Source of the DNA: Candidatus Thorarchaeota archaeon | GTDB taxonomy: Archaea > Asgardarchaeota > Thorarchaeia > Thorarchaeales > Thorarchaeaceae | Length of the DNA: 23,389 nucleotides | Reading direction: 5' to 3' | Assembly (NCBI GenBank): GCA_048884785.1 | Contig: JBHLQM010000059.1 | Location: forward strand, 1-23,389 | Shown: positions 16,597 to 23,389 of the stretch, in pieces | How the letters are laid out: each line of letters starts with the position of its first letter | Position numbering within the stretch: position 1 is the first letter of the stretch | The notes under the pieces: model-generated | Told to the model about the DNA's origin: nothing | The model's input: the letters and a program-made list of their open reading frames with translations, nothing else | Databases searched by the model: none | Position numbers and translations under genes: made by a program

Positions 16597-17352
16597 CTAG
16601 ATTGCGAGAGATATCATCACAATGGCAGCCGCAATCGAGTTTACCACGCCATGACTAGTCCAGCTTGCTATGACATTTCCATCTCTCCAAGCAAACAAAA
16701 TTCCGAAAACAACCGCAGCTCCGGCAGCAGAGAGACCATATACCAAGCAGAAGAGAATAGGAAGGAATGGCATCATGATCACAACGTGAATTAGTCCAAA
16801 GATTCCTGACTGTAGGAATAGCGCAATCACACGAGAGGTTCTCTTCTGAACCTTACCCTGAATGAATCCTCTAAAGAGAATCTCTTCCGCAGGTGTCAAA
16901 AATGCGAAGATGAATGAAATCTCGAGCAGCAAATTAATCGGGTATGGAAAGCCATTGGCGAAAACAAATGAAGTGTTTGTGTTTTCAGTCGCCTGACCAG
17001 CTAGGATACTCCAGATGAGCGAGGAGTATGTCACAACTGCAATTGCCAATCCTACCAGAATGCCGATAGCAATCTCCTTTGTGATCCCATCCTTTTTCAA
17101 CCCGATTCCTTCGAATGGGTTTTCTCCACGTTTTGCTTCATATATCAGGAGTATGAAAAGAAATGGCAACGCCATGGGTATAGAGGATTTGCCAACGCCA
17201 CTCATCAAGACAAGGAATGCTACAAAGAGCATCAAGTAGAGAACCACTATTCCGTAGTATCGTTTTCTTCCTGTCTTTTCAGATTTGAGAGCGTCTTTCT
17301 CCTGGCTAAGCTCCATGGCAGGCTTCAGAATGGTGGCTGTGATTTCAGTCAT
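16597..17352 (-). CDS. CPBP (Abi/type II CAAX) family intramembrane glutamic endopeptidase
   Basis: Multiple TM helices plus all three family motifs: PAEEILFRG, IFGLIH, SHGVVN. Confidence 0.92.
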   Translation of the reverse strand: MTEITATILKPAMELSQEKDALKSEKTGRKRYYGIVVLYLMLFVAFLVLMSGVGKSSIPMALPFLFILLIYEAKRGENPFEGIGLKKDGITKEIAIGILVGLAIAVVTYSSLIWSILAGQATENTNTSFVFANGFPYPINLLLEISFIFAFLTPAEEILFRGFIQGKVQKRTSRVIALFLQSGIFGLIHVVIMMPFLPILFCLVYGLSAAGAAVVFGILFAWRDGNVIASWTSHGVVNSIAAAIVMISLAI

Positions 17353-17884
17353 AGATTCTCCTCTCCAACGATTTCAGAAAGCCCGGCGCAGTTTTGCTTA
17401 CATACCCAAGCCAAAAGAATATTGCAAGGGCAACTCCGAGGAAGAACATGAGTGCAAGTACTTGCCTAATATCACCTCCAGTGGTTATCTCGATGAATAA
17501 GAGATAGCCCACGAAGGAAATTGGTGCTAAGACAACAACCATCTGAATAAGTACAATTCCCTTGAGTGCTGGCATCAATGATGGCTTTTTCTTGATTTTT
17601 ACATAGTCTTTCAGGTTGTTTTGCGCCTGTCCCTCAAGAGAGATGACAAGATCAAATGCGCGTTGTCCCAATGGGGTCAGCTGGTATCTCAAACGTTCAT
17701 TCTTTTCTATGAATCCTTCAAGTTGTTTCAAATGGTAGTTTAACCTTCCAGTAGAGAGACGAAGTTCGCCCAGAATTTCAGTGTATGACGCTCCATCGGC
17801 ACCATATGAAATCAATCTGATGACATCACGTCTTGCTGGATGAGCAAGCGCTTCGAAGATAACTGCTTCTATTTCTCGTGACAT
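17345..17884 (-). CDS. ArsR-like winged-helix DNA-binding protein with two C-terminal transmembrane helices
   Basis: IFEALAHPARRDVIRLI...YTEILGELRLSTGRLNYHLKQLEGFIEK...YQLTPLG, followed by hydrophobic segments IVLIQMVVVLAPISFVGYLLF and VLALMFFLGVALAIFFWLGYV. 8-nt overlap with the CPBP gene. Confidence 0.88.
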   Translation of the reverse strand: MSREIEAVIFEALAHPARRDVIRLISYGADGASYTEILGELRLSTGRLNYHLKQLEGFIEKNERLRYQLTPLGQRAFDLVISLEGQAQNNLKDYVKIKKKPSLMPALKGIVLIQMVVVLAPISFVGYLLFIEITTGGDIRQVLALMFFLGVALAIFFWLGYVSKTAPGFLKSLERRIYD

Positions 17885-17940
17885 TGATAAATCACCACAT
17901 TTACATGCCCAACTTTTACTAAAATGCCTTTTTGACTAAA

Positions 17941-17970
17941 ATTTCTTGACAACCGCACTTGTCAAGGAAT
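17941..17970. promoter_or_regulatory. Inverted repeat ATTtCTTGACAA-N6-TTGTCAAGgAAT (operator or terminator hairpin)
   Basis: 12-bp arms with one mismatch, lying between the LLM gene stop and the wHTH-TM gene start. Confidence 0.5.
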
Positions 17971-18056
17971 CAGGAGAATCCTGCTGCTCACTCTGTGAAT
18001 ATATTGTCAATCTTGGATTTTAGCAAACAATATTGACGCAATCTATCAATGTTACA

Positions 18057-19049
18057 TCAGATTCTGGGAATAATGAATTCCTTCAGAATACGAATGGTGT
18101 CAAGCCCGATCTTTCGAACGTTCCCAACGAAAGGCAGGTCAAAACTGAGAACATCTACAAGATTCTTGTATGGGCGTAATCTTTCAATAACTCTCTCAGG
18201 TGGTCCACACAAATCCTGCTTGCAGCCGGCGTCTAGCATCTTCTTCCTAAGATCCTCTGTGAATGCCTTGTGAGGCCAATCCTGATTAACGGCATCGAGT
18301 TTCCTATTTTCAAAATCATCATCGTCCTCACCGATGACAGCCACTTGGATTCCTGTAGACCAACTTAGATCTTCAAAGTTGCGACCTACCTTTTCACACA
18401 TTAACCGCATGCGATTCTTTTTTTGTGCGTAGTCCGCACTAGTTCCTTTGATATAATCCACTCCATCTGCATACCTCGCTGCTGTTTCTTCCATCATCGG
18501 TGCTTCGAGTGTTTCTGTTCCAACCCAGATCGGAACGCGTGGTTTTTGCACGGGTTTTGGCAGGAACATCGTATCCTTAATCCTATAGAATTCTCCCTCA
18601 AAACTTGGTCTTTCCTCGGTCCAAAGGAGATTGATGATCTGCAGAGCTTCTCTCAATTGAAGAATCCTAGTCTTAGTGGAAGGAAATGGATATCCATAGG
18701 CTTCATATTCGGGCTGTTTCCAACCCGCTCCTATCCCGAGATCAATCCTTCCTTTGGATGCGTTATCCAGATTAGCTACTATTTTTGCAAGATGAGCGGG
18801 ATTTCTGTAAGACTGAGAAGTAACCACTGTGCCAAGGCGTATTCTTTCAGTTTGAGGAGTTAGCAACGCTAGGATGGTCCACGCATCATAACATTCAAGC
18901 TCTGTTCCCTTTATCCATCCGAAGAAATGATCTGAAACTGTGAATCGATAGAATCCCGCATCTTCTGCTGCCTTCGCTATAGCTACGATGTCATTGTATG
19001 TATACCCTATATGAGGTTCGATGTGAATACTAACTTTCAAGTTAGTCAC
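18057..19049 (-). CDS. LLM-class (luciferase-like) probable F420-dependent oxidoreductase
   Basis: AEDAGFYRFTVSDHF, IRLGTVVTSQSYRNPAHLAK, GRIDLGIGAGW, EYEAYGYPFP, FEGEFY, PKPVQKPRVPIWVG. GTG start. Confidence 0.9.
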   Translation of the reverse strand: MTNLKVSIHIEPHIGYTYNDIVAIAKAAEDAGFYRFTVSDHFFGWIKGTELECYDAWTILALLTPQTERIRLGTVVTSQSYRNPAHLAKIVANLDNASKGRIDLGIGAGWKQPEYEAYGYPFPSTKTRILQLREALQIINLLWTEERPSFEGEFYRIKDTMFLPKPVQKPRVPIWVGTETLEAPMMEETAARYADGVDYIKGTSADYAQKKNRMRLMCEKVGRNFEDLSWSTGIQVAVIGEDDDDFENRKLDAVNQDWPHKAFTEDLRKKMLDAGCKQDLCGPPERVIERLRPYKNLVDVLSFDLPFVGNVRKIGLDTIRILKEFIIPRI

Positions 19050-19212
19050 CTGATTGCCTACACGTTCACCAGAATGTCGAGTTGGTGATTATTTAACCCA
19101 GCATATCGACGCAAAATTACTAGGCGATGCCTATTTATGTTGGAGATTTCATGCCGCACTCACTTTCGACAAAAGACGATTCAACGCAAGCGGTTGAAAC
19201 GGAGGATTAGAT

Positions 19213-20733
19213 GTGGCTCAGATGTATAACAAAGTCACCGACGATGTCGTGAACAAGCTTGTTGGTATATGTGGAGAGAAATATGTCACCACCAGCGAGC
19301 CTCTTCGACACTCGTACATGGCTAAAGGTATTATGGGGCTGGAAGCTGTTCTCCCTGAGTGTATTGTGAGACCTGCCAATGCGGATGAGGTCTCTAAGAT
19401 ACTCATTGTGGCAAACGAGAATCTAATTCCTGTAACACCTGCGGCCGGTGGACTCAGTGGAGGATTTGCACTTCCGGCAATTGAGCCCGGCGGCATCTAT
19501 ATGGACATGACTCGAATGAATAAGCTAACAGTTGATACCAAGAATAGAGTCATGGTTGTAGAGCCCGGGGTCAAATCCGGCGATGCATGGCGAATTTTCA
19601 AGACGCAATACCCTGACTGGGCACCCCCAATTCCCGATGGAGCACCCCCTGCGGCAACTGTACTGGGAGATGCCATCGAGCGAGGTTTCTCACTTGTAAC
19701 TGGTGTCTATGGTCCGCAGGCAGACATGATAATGGGTCTGGAGGTTGTACTCCCAACTGGCGATATCTTTCACACGGGTTCGTGGGCACTAGAAGGTGCA
19801 AAACCATTCTATCGATGGGGCGTGGGTCCCAATCCTGATGGCCTATTTCTTGGCTCACAGGGCTCAATGGGTATCATCACCAAGTGTGCCATCAAGATGG
19901 TCCCCCATCCTCACTACAAAACAGTCGTGGCTTATGGTGGCGAAACATGGGACGATGTTGTTGTTCCAGCGTGGGAAATATCGAAGCACGAGATGGGAAT
20001 CGCCGAGAGGACTGTGATGGTTCAGGGTGGCAACTATGAATTGGTCATGACTCGTTGGCCAAAAGAGAATGTACCTATCGATTATGAGTTCTACAAAAAG
20101 ATAGGTGTTGATCGGAAATGGATGAACTATGAGTGCTGGGCCTGGACTCAGGAGGAGCTTGATGAAACCCTGAAGGGCATCGATAAGATCTACAAGGACT
20201 ATGAGATTCGGGAAAAGAGAACTCTACCCAAGCAAGATCTACATCCAAAACAGGTAGCATCCCGATTAAAGAAGCCCAACAAGATAGCGGTCCCCTATTC
20301 GCTCTGGCAGGCTGGATTCTTGTTCATCACATGGTATTGTCCATGGTTGGAGTCCAGTGCCATGATGGATGAGTACTGTGCCGCCATGGAGAACTATGGC
20401 TTTCCGCCCACCATGTGGGTTGCTTCAATTGACCATGCACGGCAGGCAATTGTCATGCCAATCCTATGCTTCGACAGCACTGAACCCGGAATACTCGACA
20501 AGATTCGCGAGTTCAATCTGGAAACCACCAAATCATTTCTGAAGAAGGGGTGGCTCAACTACAGACCTGATCCATTTGTACATGCACCTCAGACCTTCAG
20601 TCGGACGAAGGAGTACTACAAGATGCTAGTGAAGTTCCGGAAAGTTCTGGACCCGAACCTGATTCTGCATCCAGGTCGACTAGCCATACCATGGGAATCT
20701 GTAACTGATTTACCGAACCCACTCAATGAGTGA
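19213..20733 (+). CDS. FAD-binding oxidoreductase, VAO/PCMH superfamily
   Basis: PECIVRP...EVSKIL, DMTRMNK, VEPGV, GLEVVLPTG, LFLGSQGSMGIITK and C-terminal LDPNLILHPGR. GGAGGA SD before the GTG. Confidence 0.9.
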   Translation: MAQMYNKVTDDVVNKLVGICGEKYVTTSEPLRHSYMAKGIMGLEAVLPECIVRPANADEVSKILIVANENLIPVTPAAGGLSGGFALPAIEPGGIYMDMTRMNKLTVDTKNRVMVVEPGVKSGDAWRIFKTQYPDWAPPIPDGAPPAATVLGDAIERGFSLVTGVYGPQADMIMGLEVVLPTGDIFHTGSWALEGAKPFYRWGVGPNPDGLFLGSQGSMGIITKCAIKMVPHPHYKTVVAYGGETWDDVVVPAWEISKHEMGIAERTVMVQGGNYELVMTRWPKENVPIDYEFYKKIGVDRKWMNYECWAWTQEELDETLKGIDKIYKDYEIREKRTLPKQDLHPKQVASRLKKPNKIAVPYSLWQAGFLFITWYCPWLESSAMMDEYCAAMENYGFPPTMWVASIDHARQAIVMPILCFDSTEPGILDKIREFNLETTKSFLKKGWLNYRPDPFVHAPQTFSRTKEYYKMLVKFRKVLDPNLILHPGRLAIPWESVTDLPNPLNE

Positions 20734-20811
20734 GTTTTGAAACCTAGGAGGAAAATAAGTTACAATTCCTAACCTTTAATACACGAAAAGAAACATGGAG
20801 GAACGATTGAG

Positions 20812-22119
20812 ATGACAACTCTTGAAGACCTGCGTAGGATTAACGCACGCTGTATTCACTGCCGGGCCTGCCAGTACGCCTATTCTGGCGAACCCGATCG
20901 TGAGGGTGAGACTGAGGAGTATACTGGAATGCTCCAAGGGTGTCCTGCTGGTATCTATTTTGGCTGGGAGGGATACTTCAACTCAGGAAAACAGTGGATG
21001 GCTAGGGCCTTTCTCAATAATGAACTACCTGCAAGCAAGGAGTTCCTAGAGATCGCAGAGGCTTGTACCACTTGTGGTATGTGCGAGACCCAATGTCCTA
21101 ATTATATTGATACAGTATCAATTACCGAGGCACTACGTGCAGCGATCATCGAGTCTGGTGTTGAACCACTTGACAAGCACAAGGGTTTCGGTACACGCGT
21201 AGGCAATGATGAGATGCGCAATCCCTACAATGAACCTCGTAGTGAGCGCACCAAATGGTATGATGGAGTCGTGGACAACAAGGACGCGAAAGTTGCATAC
21301 TTTGTTGGGTGTACCGCAGCATATAGACAGCAACAGATTGCAGAACATACTGCCAGTATCTTGAAGAAGGTCGGCGTAGATTTCACCGTACTCTCAGATG
21401 AAGTCTGTTGTGGAAGTCCTCTCCTGCGAACCGGGCAGCGAGATGTGTTCAATATGGTCATGAAGGAGAACCTTGAGCTTTTCAAGAACTTCGATCTTGT
21501 GCTCTTCTCCTGTGCAGGTTGTTACAAGACATTTAGAAATGACTACCCTGCACAGAGTGGTGAACCGCTTCCTTTCAAGGCGCGACATGCCGTGGAGTAT
21601 ATCTACGATTTGATTGGCGAAGGGAAGATTAAGATTGACAAGCCATACAACCAGACGGTGACATGGCATGACCCCTGCCATAGCATTCGTCATGTGGGAA
21701 TTGCTATTGAGAAACACATTCTGGAGCAATCAAAGAACTGGCTGCTTGACAGTAGAGCAGCTGAGAAGGCAAAGCAAGAGCACTATGAGGTTCCACGAGT
21801 AGTTTTGAATGCAATACCTGGTTTAGAACTTCATGAGATGTACCGGATTAAGGGTGACAGCTTCTGCTGTGGCGCTGGCGGCGGTGTAAAGGCCCAGTTC
21901 AGTGACATGGCACTCTCCACTGCAAAAGAGAGGATGAAGGAAGCAGCCTCAACTGGTGCCGATGTCATCATGACCAGCTGTCCATTCTGTGTGACCAATT
22001 TCAACGATGCGATTACCGCACTCAAAGAGGAGGAGCAAGCTACAGGCAAAGACCTCTCAGAGCTCGGTTCAAAGATGAAGGTTGTTGAGCTTCTGGAACT
22101 CTTGGATGATCTAATCTAA
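20812..22119 (+). CDS. Fe-S oxidoreductase, HdrD/GlpC/GlcF-like (2x[4Fe-4S] plus two CCG domains)
   Basis: CIHCRAC...CP, CTTCGMCETQCP, YFVGC, CCGSP, SCAGC, HDPCH, CCGAGGG, TSCPFC. GGAGG SD. Confidence 0.92.
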   Translation: MTTLEDLRRINARCIHCRACQYAYSGEPDREGETEEYTGMLQGCPAGIYFGWEGYFNSGKQWMARAFLNNELPASKEFLEIAEACTTCGMCETQCPNYIDTVSITEALRAAIIESGVEPLDKHKGFGTRVGNDEMRNPYNEPRSERTKWYDGVVDNKDAKVAYFVGCTAAYRQQQIAEHTASILKKVGVDFTVLSDEVCCGSPLLRTGQRDVFNMVMKENLELFKNFDLVLFSCAGCYKTFRNDYPAQSGEPLPFKARHAVEYIYDLIGEGKIKIDKPYNQTVTWHDPCHSIRHVGIAIEKHILEQSKNWLLDSRAAEKAKQEHYEVPRVVLNAIPGLELHEMYRIKGDSFCCGAGGGVKAQFSDMALSTAKERMKEAASTGADVIMTSCPFCVTNFNDAITALKEEEQATGKDLSELGSKMKVVELLELLDDLI

Positions 22120-22131
22120 TCTGCTCTCAGA

Positions 22132-22156
22132 GACCCTGCCTTGCGCAGGGCCTTTG
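22132..22156 (+). terminator. Possible terminator hairpin between convergent genes
   Basis: CCCTGC-cttgc-GCAGGG stem about 15 nt after the stop, followed by short T runs. Confidence 0.3.
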
Positions 22157-22234
22157 AACTATTTTCCTTGAAATACTGAGTCTACTTGAATCGCTCAAGA
22201 AACCTATTGACGAATGTACAATTGTCGAGTGTCA

Positions 22235-23389
22235 TCAGTTTTCCTTGAATGCAAATGCTAGCAAAATTATGAATTCCACAACAAGAGCAATCATAATGAG
22301 CGCAGGCAGAAAGGATCCATAAAGATCCGTCATATATCCAACAAGAATTGGTCCAATCACTCCCATTGCAGGCCCAAGTGAAAAGAAAAGCCCACTTGCC
22401 ACGCCAGTGTATTCTGCCCCTACACTCGGTAGATCCATCATCACCACGAGCATTAGCGGCATGATACCTCCACTGATTATTCCATAAATAACAAGCGAAG
22501 CCACCAGCTGTAATTCGAGAGTTATAGCAACGAAATATATGCTCAAACCTTGAGCGAACAATGAAACCGCGATGATCGGTCTTCTAGAACCAGTCTTGGC
22601 AATCGCAGGTAGGAGAGTACTTCCAATAAGTCCTAGCCATGCAGGCAATGAAGCTAGCATCCCTGCATCGGCGGGGCTTAGCCCTTTTGCCTCTAGAAGA
22701 GCTGGCAGCCAGTTTCCAAACCCATAGAACACAAAGAAGGAAGATGAACCTATGATGGCAACAATCCAGACTTCCCTGTGATTAGTCAGAGTACGAAGCA
22801 TCTCTCCAAGTGAATGCCTTGGATTGATGCGTTCGTCCATTCTTTGCTTCCCTTTCATGAATGCAATCCAAACCAAGGTAATAAGAAGTCCAATTACTCC
22901 ATAAAGTGAAAATACATTCCTCCAATGACCAACAAATTGGAGTATGAATGAACTAGTAATTGCCAAAGCAAGAGCTGACCCAACTGTCGCTCCTGTCATA
23001 TATAATCCTGAGGCAATTCCACGTTCTCTCTCTATAAATGAAGATGCCACGACCTTTGCCAAGCCCACCGAGATTGTTGGTCCTCCAAATCCAAAAAGGA
23101 ACACAGCCAGCAGTAACGTTTCAAAATTGAAAGCAAATGCTCGTAGAATCGATGAGATGGAAATCAAAGCGAGGCCAAGTGTTATCATCATTTTCTCTCC
23201 GAAGCGATCAATCAATACGCCAATGGGAACTGAGAGAGGCACATACATCACAACTAGACTACCAAGTATAATGCCCATTTGTGAATATGAAAGAGCAAGG
23301 TCTAAAGATATCACATTCACTAGCGGAGGTATAGATGATAAGATCAATCCAAAGGAGAAATACACGAGCCAGAGGAGAACAAGAACTAT
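22235..23389 (-). CDS. MFS transporter (CynX/NimT-like); 5' end beyond the right edge
   Basis: The frame is open to the window edge (IVLVLLWLVYFSFG...). It has MFS motif A (GVLIDRFGEK), ERERGIASG, GPILVGYMTDLYGSF and about 12 TM segments. Confidence 0.92.
   Translation of the reverse strand: MVLVLLWLVYFSFGLILSSIPPLVNVISLDLALSYSQMGIILGSLVVMYVPLSVPIGVLIDRFGEKMMITLGLALISISSILRAFAFNFETLLLAVFLFGFGGPTISVGLAKVVASSFIERERGIASGLYMTGATVGSALALAITSSFILQFVGHWRNVFSLYGVIGLLITLVWIAFMKGKQRMDERINPRHSLGEMLRTLTNHREVWIVAIIGSSSFFVFYGFGNWLPALLEAKGLSPADAGMLASLPAWLGLIGSTLLPAIAKTGSRRPIIAVSLFAQGLSIYFVAITLELQLVASLVIYGIISGGIMPLMLVVMMDLPSVGAEYTGVASGLFFSLGPAMGVIGPILVGYMTDLYGSFLPALIMIALVVEFIILLAFAFKEN

Noticed and set aside
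1-23389. CRISPR array, tRNA/rRNA, transposase/integrase or defence island
   Set aside because: No spaced direct repeats, cloverleaf or rRNA-like segments, or mobile-element genes were seen, and intergenic gaps are all under about 230 nt. The CPBP/'Abi' family name alone is not evidence of phage defence.

Overview
Gene-dense archaeal chromosomal window with TATA-box promoters and GGTGA/GGAGG ribosome-binding sites. It is most consistent with an Asgard archaeon (Thorarchaeia-like), which is an inference from gene content and not a database result. Gene order from left to right: TPP-dependent 2-oxoacid/acetoin dehydrogenase E1 beta (cut by the left edge) and alpha (-); a divergent fwdD-fwdB-fwdA formylmethanofuran dehydrogenase cluster that ends in a SAM methyltransferase where fwdC would be expected; a long BacE/F-type bactofilin-like beta-helix protein; an archaeal wHTH regulator; a putative longin + roadblock two-domain protein; a TPR-like protein; an iron-sulfur flavoprotein / cobO / B12-dependent acyl-CoA mutase cluster whose mutase carries isobutyryl-CoA-mutase-type rather than methylmalonyl-type specificity residues; an unknown membrane protein; a 44-aa zinc-finger microprotein missed by the ORF track; a QW-repeat alpha-barrel protein; a small wHTH-like protein; a lipase-like hydrolase; a membrane-anchored wHTH overlapping a CPBP intramembrane protease; an LLM/F420-type oxidoreductase; a VAO/PCMH-like flavoprotein paired with a CCG-domain Fe-S protein; and an MFS transporter cut by the right edge. 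I saw no rRNA, tRNA, CRISPR array or mobile element.
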